A DNA stretch of 64,000 bases from an uncultured virus (IMG/VR IMGVR_UViG_3300047471_001174) (taxonomy: Duplodnaviria > Heunggongvirae > Uroviricota > Caudoviricetes): the IMG/VR virus record IMGVR_UViG_3300047471_001174. One strand, written 5' to 3'. Position numbers and translations under genes: made by a program. Each line of letters begins with the position of its first letter. The first letter of the stretch is position 1. The notes under the pieces are model-generated. The model saw only the letters and a list, made by a program, of their open reading frames with translations, searched no databases and was not told the origin of the DNA. Below, piece by piece: positions 48,245 through 56,318 of this stretch.

Positions 48245-51200
48245 TTATAGGCCCAAATTTTTCGCTCGGATAGCTTGAAGGCGTTCTCTGGCCAGAGAAA
48301 TTGGAGAAGCGGTCGCCTTTTTCTCTGCCAATTCTTTCACACGCAGACGGACGCGTTCTAGCTCGGCCGCCTTATTCAAAGCCGACGACACTGGGTAATC
48401 TTCGTGGAGAGCGATATAAGCCGGAGCTCTCAACGCACCCGACTGCAACTTCTCCTGGGACTTCACCCGGGCAACCCGCCCCACGAAATCGTCAGGTCGA
48501 TCATGCATCTGGCGACGAACATCGTCAGAAAAGCCAGTGCCAACACGGCCGAGAATAGGACCATCAGGCTCAGCAGAGTACTCAAAGCCGCCGGCATGAG
48601 TTCCAGCAAGACGGCCTTCGCCAGGGAAAATACCGCGGATGTGAACGTCGTGATCTTCAATGTACTTAGCCTTCTGGGGCTTGCCCGTTGGAGAGTGGAT
48701 AACGATTCCTTCCTCAGTTTTCGGGTGATCCCCGCTACCAATGTCTTTCCACAACTTCAGCGCATCTTCCGGTGTCTTGGCTTCGTCGGTCAAGTGAAAA
48801 ATGTCCTGCGGCAGCGACGGCAGAATGCTCTTCAAGTGTTCCCGACGTTCAGAATATGGCGTCTTGGAGAAGTCAATTGGCGTGTTGCCAACCTGTTGAA
48901 TGTCGAACAGTGCGTTACGGAGCCGAACGCCTGAGGTCTCTTGTTTTGCCAGCGAGTGAGCAATCGTTGAGTTGAGGATACCACCAAGTTCGCTGGGATG
49001 AATAACCGTTTCTTTTCCTTCGGAGTCTTGCTTGACCCCGTGTAACTCACCGCGCAGGATGCTGTTGTGGTACTCAGGAGGGATCTCAATCCGAGGCCGG
49101 CCATGTAACACCTTCTCCGTGTGAATGATTGGTTTTCCTGTCGGCTTTGATGCCCGGTACGAATACAGTTCGAGCTGATCCTTGAGCAGTTTGACCAGGC
49201 TCGATGCACCGTCAATCTTGGCCTGCACCGACGAACCGGGTTCTAACTCCTTCAACTTTCCTTCGACCTGTTCGGTCGGAACTTTCTTGTAGTGGATCTT
49301 CTGGTACGGCAGCGGCTCGGTCGGCGTCGTGTTGAGCAGCAGGTGATTGTTTTCACCGAAGCTTTTTGGCGCCACCACAGTGAACCGCTCGGGATGCTTC
49401 ATGTGAGCTGTCGTAAAATGCAGTTTGCCCGGACCCGACTCGGTCACCAGGGCCTTGCCCTTGATCTGACTCTTGACCGTACCGGCCCCGTATTCGCCCT
49501 CGGGAATCGTGCCCGACCAGCCCCCGTAGGAATGCTCGTGAATTGGCTGGTGGACAGCCAGATGCTTCTTCCCAGACTCGGGTAAACCCTTCGGCACGGC
49601 CCAAGAGTGCAGCCCCTGCTCCGGATCGCCAATCCTCAGATCAGTGTGGGGACCGGCTTTGGTGGCGTTATGGAGCTGTGTAAACAGGTCATAGAGCTTG
49701 CCCGTTTCGAGCTTGGATAAGTCTCCCATCTCGTCGCGAGAAGGAATTCCCAAGGCGTCATCGCTCGACTTGCCAAACGCGTTCATGACGGCCGTCTGAG
49801 GCTGCATTACGGCTGTTCCTGCGTCATTGGCCAACCAGTCTCCCATTCGAATATACCACGGTCGATTGGTGTCCTGACGCCAGCCGGCCGGCATCCCGTA
49901 GTGCAAACCTTCGGCCTCTTGACGATACGCATTGGTGTCATATGCTGCATCGTTTTCGAAGCCTGGAATTCCGGTCTTTTTACCGAGCCACCCAATCGGC
50001 TCGGCAACTGCGGCGCCGATACCGAGAGGCAAGAGCTTTGAGGCGGCACCTACTCCTAATCTGGGAACGGCTCGCACCAACGTATTTTTTGCTATCTGCT
50101 GCCCAGCTACATTAACCCCGAGATTGGTAGCCAGGCCAGGCGCTATGGCTTTCGCTTGATCCCATACTCCGGGTTGTGCGGCTGGTGCAACCGGATTAGG
50201 CAGACCGGGAAGATCAGTCCGCATCTGTTGGCCAAACTGCTGCGGCGTCATCGTGTTCTTGAAACCGGCAGTTGCCGGTGCCATCCCGGCGTCGTACCCG
50301 GGCCCACGCAGCAGATTACCGGCATGATGGAAGAAGTCACCGAACCCGTTGATCGAACTATCGCCCAGCACAGATTGAGGCTTCGCCTGCAAAGCCGGCG
50401 ACGGTGGAGGAGCAATCGGTTTTATTTGAGGCTGTGGTGGCGCCAGTGGTTTGATGGGAGCCGGTTTCGGGTCGAGAGCCGGGGCAATCGGGCTGCCAGC
50501 TGCGATTTTCATAGTCGATCTCTGCGGTGTAACCACAGTCGGCCGGATAACGCCAATGCGGCCAAAATCCACAGTACGGGCCAGGCCGGGAACATAGCTG
50601 GTACCCTTTTCGTCGCTGCCGCCGCCACGGTGGACCGAGTCCAGGAAGCTTGCCTGCAGCCCTGAACCTAGATTCCTTGTCATGGCGTCCGGGTCGTGCT
50701 GCAAGTTGTACATACCGCGAACCATGAGCGGATGGAATAGCGGCGGATCTTTGTGCACGTGAACCGATTCAACTCCAAAATGCTTGAAGTCCGGCAACAT
50801 GCTCGATTTGACCTTCGTACCAATCGTGTGGTGCAGGTAGGGCTTCTCGAGATACTGGCCGATTGCCTGGTGGACAGGCAGCGTGTGACTGCCTTCTCTC
50901 GGCTCGTAATCCCGTTCGATCGTGTCGAATGGGACAACGTCGTCTGGCGCGTGTTCGCCGATCTCCGCGTCGAGCTCGACGTGATTGATCAGACCACGAC
51001 TGATGAGTTCGAGATTTCGGCGATTGTTTCGAACACCAGAGTCGGTCAATGCTTTACGCATGGCATCCACAAAGTACCGGCGACCTTCACCAATTCCCTT
51101 GTGCTTGACGATCTCGGCCGGGCTGGGAATGCCCTCACTGAGCACGTCGCCAGCTTCAACCGCGTCGCCCGGGGCAACTGTCAAAGCCAGCCCGTGCGGC

Positions 51201-52396
51201 ACGTAATGCTCCAGTCCGTTCACCTGCACGTGCAAACCGCCGCCAGGTGCCTTGGTAATCTGCTGCACACGCCCGTCTACTTCTGAATGCGTTGCCCCGC
51301 CAGGAAATACCTTGGGGATCTGAACCAGGGCGTTGATCCAGGCAAAGCCTGACACTGATTTGGATGCTCCGGCAACGCCCCCTGCGTGCTTGGCGGACAA
51401 GGTGGCCTGCGACAACGGCTCAGAGATCGCCTGACCGGCCTGCAGACCGGAGAACGTTCCTTTGGGCGGCAGACCGCCAGTTTCTCGAATGCCAACATCG
51501 CGTGAGTAGAGACCCCCATCAGGTGCCCCGCCAACAGTCGGGCTGCGTACCAGAATTCTCTGAATGCCGCCATCATGCAGGGACTTCAGAACCTTGGGCG
51601 TCAGAACCGTGTTCCGCCCAAAACCACCAGCCGGATGGGCCAGCAAGGCCCCCACATTGTCGTTATCGTCGACAGGGACTGGCAGGCCTCGGACCGTATC
51701 GACCGGAGCGTCATCCTCATGCGTCACAATCAGCCGGTGGGTCGCTTGATTGAGTTGTTTCGCCAGGAAGCCTGACTGGGCTGTGCCCAGCTTCACACTG
51801 ACAATGCCGTGACGAGCACCATAGGCCCCAGCCCAATACTCGGCCGGCGACAGGCCCTCAGGGTAACTCCGCAGGACGGGGATGGGCACTGGCCGGTCGC
51901 GATGGTCGACATACAGCAGATCGGACCCACGCAGAGAATTGAGAGCCATCTTCTTGCCGCGAGCGCCTGACTTGATCTGCAAGGCGATCGGATTGTTCTC
52001 TTTCAAACTCTCGTCGTAGACGGCGTTCTCTTGTTCTGACTGGGCCTGACCCAGGAGTTTGACGATCTGGGACTCGCGTGCATCATCTGACAGGTTGTCA
52101 TTGTCGAGCAGTGACTGAACCTGGCTTTTGATGCGATCGCGAATGACATTGGCTGACCCGGCCCGTCGCATGGCATTGAGCCCGAACGAATAGCCGCCGA
52201 GTTGCTGAGCTGCGTCTTCACCCAGCTGGGTCAACTTGTGTGAGATGTCCCGGTACTTGTCGGGGTGACGTTCAGCCACATCCCGCAGCAGGTCGGTCAA
52301 GCCCCTTGAATCCAGGGTCTTACCGTTACGCAGATCTTCGGGCAGAGCCTCGTTGACCAGCAGCTGACCCATTTTCCCTATGAAGGTCGCGGGCAT
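48245..52396 (-). CDS. Polyprotein: RNAP beta' C-terminal half, spacer, LigD-type 3'-phosphoesterase, ATP-dependent DNA ligase
   Basis: Start moved to ATG 52396. RNAP part: SGARG, bridge helix GLSPAEYW...GARHG...TAQSGFLAKQL, trigger loop AGQAISEPLSQATLSAKHAGG. Phosphoesterase: QLH...HTDLR...SWAVPKG...LAV...H...GTIPEGEYGAG. Ligase: KIDG, GEL, FDI, EGIVI, KAK, VGTGFSD, LRAP. Confidence 0.9.
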   Translation of the reverse strand: MPATFIGKMGQLLVNEALPEDLRNGKTLDSRGLTDLLRDVAERHPDKYRDISHKLTQLGEDAAQQLGGYSFGLNAMRRAGSANVIRDRIKSQVQSLLDNDNLSDDARESQIVKLLGQAQSEQENAVYDESLKENNPIALQIKSGARGKKMALNSLRGSDLLYVDHRDRPVPIPVLRSYPEGLSPAEYWAGAYGARHGIVSVKLGTAQSGFLAKQLNQATHRLIVTHEDDAPVDTVRGLPVPVDDNDNVGALLAHPAGGFGRNTVLTPKVLKSLHDGGIQRILVRSPTVGGAPDGGLYSRDVGIRETGGLPPKGTFSGLQAGQAISEPLSQATLSAKHAGGVAGASKSVSGFAWINALVQIPKVFPGGATHSEVDGRVQQITKAPGGGLHVQVNGLEHYVPHGLALTVAPGDAVEAGDVLSEGIPSPAEIVKHKGIGEGRRYFVDAMRKALTDSGVRNNRRNLELISRGLINHVELDAEIGEHAPDDVVPFDTIERDYEPREGSHTLPVHQAIGQYLEKPYLHHTIGTKVKSSMLPDFKHFGVESVHVHKDPPLFHPLMVRGMYNLQHDPDAMTRNLGSGLQASFLDSVHRGGGSDEKGTSYVPGLARTVDFGRIGVIRPTVVTPQRSTMKIAAGSPIAPALDPKPAPIKPLAPPQPQIKPIAPPPSPALQAKPQSVLGDSSINGFGDFFHHAGNLLRGPGYDAGMAPATAGFKNTMTPQQFGQQMRTDLPGLPNPVAPAAQPGVWDQAKAIAPGLATNLGVNVAGQQIAKNTLVRAVPRLGVGAASKLLPLGIGAAVAEPIGWLGKKTGIPGFENDAAYDTNAYRQEAEGLHYGMPAGWRQDTNRPWYIRMGDWLANDAGTAVMQPQTAVMNAFGKSSDDALGIPSRDEMGDLSKLETGKLYDLFTQLHNATKAGPHTDLRIGDPEQGLHSWAVPKGLPESGKKHLAVHQPIHEHSYGGWSGTIPEGEYGAGTVKSQIKGKALVTESGPGKLHFTTAHMKHPERFTVVAPKSFGENNHLLLNTTPTEPLPYQKIHYKKVPTEQVEGKLKELEPGSSVQAKIDGASSLVKLLKDQLELYSYRASKPTGKPIIHTEKVLHGRPRIEIPPEYHNSILRGELHGVKQDSEGKETVIHPSELGGILNSTIAHSLAKQETSGVRLRNALFDIQQVGNTPIDFSKTPYSERREHLKSILPSLPQDIFHLTDEAKTPEDALKLWKDIGSGDHPKTEEGIVIHSPTGKPQKAKYIEDHDVHIRGIFPGEGRLAGTHAGGFEYSAEPDGPILGRVGTGFSDDVRRQMHDRPDDFVGRVARVKSQEKLQSGALRAPAYIALHEDYPVSSALNKAAELERVRLRVKELAEKKATASPISLARERLQAIRAKNLGL

Positions 52397-52418
52397 CTTG
52401 CCTACCTGCTGGTCTCTG

Positions 52419-52436
52419 TAACTTTGTAAAAAGTTA
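52419..52436. promoter_or_regulatory. 18-bp palindrome, copy 5 (TAACTTTG-TA-AAAAGTTA)
   Basis: Overlaps the upstream TAA stop; about 22 nt before the polyprotein ATG. Confidence 0.6.
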
Positions 52437-52673
52437 TTGGGTTGGTTCGGACATGACCAGGTTGTCGACGATGACTGTTTTATCGATCCCCAGTGTCTGC
52501 AGGGCCTTGTTGAATTTTTCCGGATCCTCGGCCGTTTCAACGAAAATGGCCCCATCGGGGCCGTACAAACTGGCCAGCGAGATGGGGGTTCCGTCGTCTC
52601 GGTAAATGACGACCTGACTGACTTCCAACCGCACGGGCGGCTTACCGAATCGTTCGATGGCTTCGATGTACAT
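52434..52673 (-). CDS. Hypothetical protein (79 aa)
   Basis: Start moved to ATG 52673 (TGATG coupling). Confidence 0.7.
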   Translation of the reverse strand: MYIEAIERFGKPPVRLEVSQVVIYRDDGTPISLASLYGPDGAIFVETAEDPEKFNKALQTLGIDKTVIVDNLVMSEPTQ

Positions 52674-53410
52674 CAGGCAATCTGGTCCTGTATGGCGGGC
52701 AGGTGACGCATGATAAGGCTGGCCGCGGCGGCCGACGTCGAGAGTGGGAGAATGCTTTCTTCCGAGTTGCACTCACCCTGGTCCATGAATTTGCGGGCCG
52801 TCTCGTCCGCCAGGGACGCCTTGTCGGTCGCCTGGTGCTGATGCTGCTGATGCTGCTGCTGTTGCCCGGGGCCGGCCGGCTGCATCGGCTGAATCGGCGA
52901 TATCGAGCTGGCCGGGGGCTGTGGAGCTCCCGTCATGCCAGCATTCTGTGCACTGGGTTGCTGTCCCTGTTCCTCGGTCGTGACCATGTCAGACGCCGGG
53001 ATTTGAAGACCCAGTGCGTCGATGATCTTGGCCAGCATGACGTTCAAACGGTGAAGCTCAACACCAACGTCGAGCTTCATTGGTTTGCCTCCGGGGCCCA
53101 TGCCACCACCGGCACCCCCGCCACCACCGCCCATTTGGGGCAGAATCTGCTGTAACTCTTGTCGCAGGACATTTCGAATCATTTCCTGGTCTACGGCGCC
53201 ACCGCCGGAACCAGACGAGCCAGACTGCGAGCCGATCCCGGAGATCTGTGACGGATCGACAGGGCCGCCCTGTGCGGCACCTGGGTCACCGCCGGGCTGG
53301 CCACCTTGCTGGCCAGCCATCTGTGACGGATCCATTGGAGTAAACGCGACCTTTGCGCTTGCAACAGCCGTTTTTGCCATTCGCAGCGCAGCAAGATTCA
53401 AGATGGACAT
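52673..53410 (-). CDS. Gly/Gln/Pro-rich putative head protein
   Basis: Start moved to ATG 53410; AKTAV and AKVAF near the N-terminus; low-complexity body. Confidence 0.65.
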   Translation of the reverse strand: MSILNLAALRMAKTAVASAKVAFTPMDPSQMAGQQGGQPGGDPGAAQGGPVDPSQISGIGSQSGSSGSGGGAVDQEMIRNVLRQELQQILPQMGGGGGGAGGGMGPGGKPMKLDVGVELHRLNVMLAKIIDALGLQIPASDMVTTEEQGQQPSAQNAGMTGAPQPPASSISPIQPMQPAGPGQQQQHQQHQHQATDKASLADETARKFMDQGECNSEESILPLSTSAAAASLIMRHLPAIQDQIA

Positions 53411-53446
53411 AGCCAGTGGCTCCAATGGACTGAATCAAAAAAGGAA

Positions 53447-53773
53447 TTAGCTGGCCGGAATGAGTTCCGGGGTGCCAATGGTCACAACCAGACCGACGGC
53501 TACCGAGGCCGAAACGGTCACCGGGACGGACGGAGCGGTGATGACCGTACCGTCAGCCAACGTGGCTGTGACGGTAAAGGCTGTCGAGCCAACGGCGACT
53601 GCGACAACTTCGCACGACAGACCGTCAGCCGACGGAATCAGCTTGACGACCGCTGGGTCGGCACCGGCCCAGACAGGAACAACGGTCAGTGGAACTGCGT
53701 GGCCCGCGGCGTTCACAGCGCCCACGGCACCGGCAACTTGCTGAAGATCAGTCAATGAAACAGAAGCAGACAT
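53447..53773 (-). CDS. Ig-like (Big-type) small protein, possible virion decoration
   Basis: PVWAGADPAVV...AVAVGSTAFTVTA; AAGGAGG RBS. Confidence 0.65.
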   Translation of the reverse strand: MSASVSLTDLQQVAGAVGAVNAAGHAVPLTVVPVWAGADPAVVKLIPSADGLSCEVVAVAVGSTAFTVTATLADGTVITAPSVPVTVSASVAVGLVVTIGTPELIPAS

Positions 53774-53794
53774 GTTTCGCCTCCTTGCGATTGG

Positions 53795-53995
53795 TTATTT
53801 GAATGTCGGACGACCGATGCTTACGACGAGTCTGGCCGGTTTGTGGTCGACTCGTTTCTGCATCAAAACTACGTACTTTCGATGATACCTGAAAGTGCCT
53901 GAGACCAGGTCATACCCGTGGTTTTTCCAATAGCGGATCTGGCCTAGCAGATCGCCGTACGAGGATGATTCGAGTTGCAGCAGGTCAGGAGTCAT
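53795..53995 (-). CDS. Hypothetical protein (66 aa)
   Basis: GAGGA RBS. Confidence 0.65.
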   Translation of the reverse strand: MTPDLLQLESSSYGDLLGQIRYWKNHGYDLVSGTFRYHRKYVVLMQKRVDHKPARLVVSIGRPTFK

Positions 53996-54008
53996 GCTTG
54001 TAGTCCTC

Positions 54009-54038
54009 AGTATACGCTGACAAGGTCAAGGGGAGCAA
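54009..54038 (-). promoter_or_regulatory. Possible sigma-70-type promoter TTGCTC-N18-TATACT
   Basis: Near-consensus -10 box just downstream of a terminator. Confidence 0.35.
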
Positions 54039-54046
54039 GATGGTCA

Positions 54047-54091
54047 GGCTGATAGCTAAAAAAAGGCTGATAGGGAAATTCCCTACCAGCC
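54047..54091 (-). terminator. Intrinsic terminator followed by conserved AGCTATCAGCC
   Basis: GGCTGGTAGGG-AATTT-CCCTATCAGCC plus T7. Confidence 0.8.
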
Positions 54092-54101
54092 GCTACATCC
54101 G

Positions 54102-54545
54102 TCAGCCTGTTGTTCCAGGTTCGGGCTGACGAGCTCTGAGATCGAGCTTAGCCCTCTTCATCGCCAAAGGACCCATAATCGGATCGGCCATGAGCAGATT
54201 GGCAACCCGTTCAGTTACCCGTTGAACGTGGGCTTTCGGGTCTGAACTGTCCTGCAGAGCTGATTTCGCTAACAGTCGGCAGGACGTCTGGCAAAGCATC
54301 ACCGTCGCGTCCAGATCGGCTAGCATCTCGTCGTCGGCATCATTTGCCGAATCCGAGTGCAGCTGCTCATGACCCAGGCTCACCCCGGTGGACTGATAAA
54401 GTATTCGAATGATGCGAGACTCGTCAAAAACTTTGTCTTGCAGCATCTGCTGGGCCTCGCTGTCTAGCCGCTTTGCCATTTCAGACAACGCGGCTATTGC
54501 CAGCCTCGCCACTGTATGGGCAAAACGATTAGTCGGTTTCTTCAT
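54102..54545 (-). CDS. Hypothetical helical protein (island 2)
   Basis: GGGAG RBS before ATG 54545. Confidence 0.65.
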   Translation of the reverse strand: MKKPTNRFAHTVARLAIAALSEMAKRLDSEAQQMLQDKVFDESRIIRILYQSTGVSLGHEQLHSDSANDADDEMLADLDATVMLCQTSCRLLAKSALQDSSDPKAHVQRVTERVANLLMADPIMGPLAMKRAKLDLRARQPEPGTTG

Positions 54546-54771
54546 GGCTACTCCCGTCGTATTTGTCGTCGACAAGGTCAGCGTGGAGCATCACAACCAG
54601 ACCATGACGAATCGCTAAAACTGTTCTGCGACGTATGTCAAAACATGGCGATTTCGGCGACGCTGCCGGTATGTCCATAATCGATCGTAATTTCGATCGC
54701 CCCAAAGCCAGATCGCGAAACCGTTGATCTTCCCGAGCCCATCCGTCAGTCAAATCAATTTGTTTGGTCAT
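54529..54771 (-). CDS. Hypothetical protein (island 2)
   Basis: AAAAGGTG RBS. Confidence 0.6.
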   Translation of the reverse strand: MTKQIDLTDGWAREDQRFRDLALGRSKLRSIMDIPAASPKSPCFDIRRRTVLAIRHGLVVMLHADLVDDKYDGSSHEETD

Positions 54772-54811
54772 CTTTACACCTTTTAAGCGGGGGGGGGATG
54801 AAGCAGCCCGG

Positions 54812-55015
54812 TTAGACCGGGCTGTAGACTGCGTTGATTCGCATCATGTCGAATGCATCGAGATACTCAATCACGCGTTCCCGACACAAACGGATGCGGC
54901 ACAGACGCCGCAAATTTTGAGCTGTCAGTGTCTGTCGCGAAATCTTGTCTTCTTCGTCGTCCAGGCGATGGAGTCGTTTGGCCAAGCTCGGACGGAGACG
55001 ATCACTGGAAACCAT
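54812..55015 (-). CDS. Hypothetical protein (island 2)
   Basis: GAAAGGA RBS before ATG 55015. Confidence 0.6.
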   Translation of the reverse strand: MVSSDRLRPSLAKRLHRLDDEEDKISRQTLTAQNLRRLCRIRLCRERVIEYLDAFDMMRINAVYSPV

Positions 55016-55041
55016 TTGAAATCCTTTCAATTAGTTACAGG

Positions 55042-55071
55042 AACGAAAATGGCCCGGATTATTCCGGGCCA
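55042..55071 (-). terminator. Probable intrinsic terminator overlapping the stop codon of the alpha-CTD-like gene
   Basis: TGGCCCGGA-ATAA-TCCGGGCCA followed by TTTTCGTT. Confidence 0.55.
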
Positions 55072-55454
55072 GCCAATTTCTTCTGGTAGTCTCTGACGGC
55101 TATCGCCTCACCGCGCAATCGTGAGTATGCCTCTGGATCAATGTAACCGCCAGGGTCGCCTCGGAGCGACAAACCGAGGTCTTTGAGAAACCGGCGGATA
55201 TATTCGACTGTCCAGAATCCGAAACCTCGGATCATTAACAAATCCGGTATGCTCATTTCGCACAATTCTTCGATCGACTTCTCCAATTTCTCGACCTTGG
55301 TTCGTGTCATTTTGTTTAGACCAGAAAAATCGCTCATAACCCGAGGCACAGCGATTGCCGGTTCATGCTGGTCAAGAACAACAGCCATATCACGTAACAT
55401 TTTGGCCTGAGCCTCGTGCCATGTCGCCAATAGTCTGGCCTTTGCGCCGGTCAT
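55059..55454 (-). CDS. RNA polymerase alpha-CTD-like (helix-hairpin-helix) protein
   Basis: SIEELCEMSIPDLLMIRGFGFWTVEYIRRFLKDLGLSL matches the alpha-CTD pattern I.DL...TE.ELLK.PNLGKKS..EI...L...GLSL. Confidence 0.7.
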   Translation of the reverse strand: MTGAKARLLATWHEAQAKMLRDMAVVLDQHEPAIAVPRVMSDFSGLNKMTRTKVEKLEKSIEELCEMSIPDLLMIRGFGFWTVEYIRRFLKDLGLSLRGDPGGYIDPEAYSRLRGEAIAVRDYQKKLAGPE

Positions 55455-55927
55455 GCTGACACCTCAAGCGGATCGTCTTTCACACGTAAGACTTCACCGA
55501 GCAACTGACCCGATTTCGAATAGAGCGTTGCAGTATTCAAACAGTTGACGCGATCGAACAGCGTGTCCGGGTCAAGATCCGTTTCCAACTCGAGTGTGAC
55601 CAGCCTCGTTCGTTCGTACTGGTCCATGCGTCGCTCGAGCTTAACCGTCATCTCGACCAGATTGATCTCGAAGTTGGGCTCCTGGGCCTCGACCGGCAAA
55701 TACCGAAGTGAGGGAACCCACACCCCACCGACATTAGCTTCTCCCAGGCCGCCCAGCGACATGGGGCCGATCAACGACCGAAAACATCTGTTGTCTGTTC
55801 GAGCTCTCACGAGAAAATCAGCCGCTTCGGGACTTGTTGGGATAATGTGCGGCCGTCGCTCGTTCACGACTTCACCATCCGGGCGCCGTTTGAATTGGTC
55901 GGCGTACGTCATTCTGAATAGGGGCAT
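55451..55927 (-). CDS. Hypothetical protein (island 2)
   Basis: AAAAGGA RBS; ATGA coupling. Confidence 0.7.
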   Translation of the reverse strand: MPLFRMTYADQFKRRPDGEVVNERRPHIIPTSPEAADFLVRARTDNRCFRSLIGPMSLGGLGEANVGGVWVPSLRYLPVEAQEPNFEINLVEMTVKLERRMDQYERTRLVTLELETDLDPDTLFDRVNCLNTATLYSKSGQLLGEVLRVKDDPLEVSA

Positions 55928-55951
55928 GTGTGTGTCCTTTTAGCGGGATAC

Positions 55952-55985
55952 AAAAGAAAATGGGCGACACCGAAGTGCCGCCCAT
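55952..55985 (-). terminator. UUCG-loop hairpin with U-rich tail (terminator or 5' leader hairpin)
   Basis: ATGGGCGGCAC-TTCG-GTGTCGCCCAT followed by TTTCTTTT. Confidence 0.7.
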
Positions 55986-55999
55986 ACAAGGTTTATGCC
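55985..55999 (-). promoter_or_regulatory. Candidate phage promoter GGCATAAACCTTGTA
   Basis: 12/15 match to 35526-35540. Confidence 0.45.
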
Positions 56000-56012
56000 T
56001 TGAAAACGCTGG

Positions 56013-56318
56013 TTATTTAGCTTGTTTTTGTTTCTTCTGCACCTTCTTTTTACTCAGTCTGATAAGCTTTTCTGTGGGGAAATACACAGGAACCATGGAG
56101 TCCTCCCCGACAATGTTTTTTCGCGGACTTCGTCTGACAGTGACCAACCCGCTCTCGATAATCTGTCGGAGCACCGCGTTCGCTTTACGCAGGCTGTAAC
56201 CTGAACTGATTCGAAGCTCCTTCGAAGTAAAACCTCCGTCGTTGTCTTTCTTTGATGCGGTCAGGCGATTCATCTCGCTGACCAGTTGGTCTAAAGTGAT
56301 TTCGCTGTTTGTCGTCAT
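56013..56318 (-). CDS. Small basic winged-HTH-like protein
   Basis: FTSKELRISSGYSLRKANAVLRQIIESGLV; Lys-rich tail. Confidence 0.55.
   Translation of the reverse strand: MTTNSEITLDQLVSEMNRLTASKKDNDGGFTSKELRISSGYSLRKANAVLRQIIESGLVTVRRSPRKNIVGEDSMVPVYFPTEKLIRLSKKKVQKKQKQAK

Noticed and set aside
1447..52436. Palindrome copies as a CRISPR array or transposon ends
   Set aside because: Dispersed kilobases apart with no spacer periodicity, and no cas or transposase gene is visible.
52397..52555. N-terminal 53 aa of the 1436-aa ORF-track call
   Set aside because: Overlaps the upstream gene and palindrome copy 5; RNAP similarity begins at ATG 52396.
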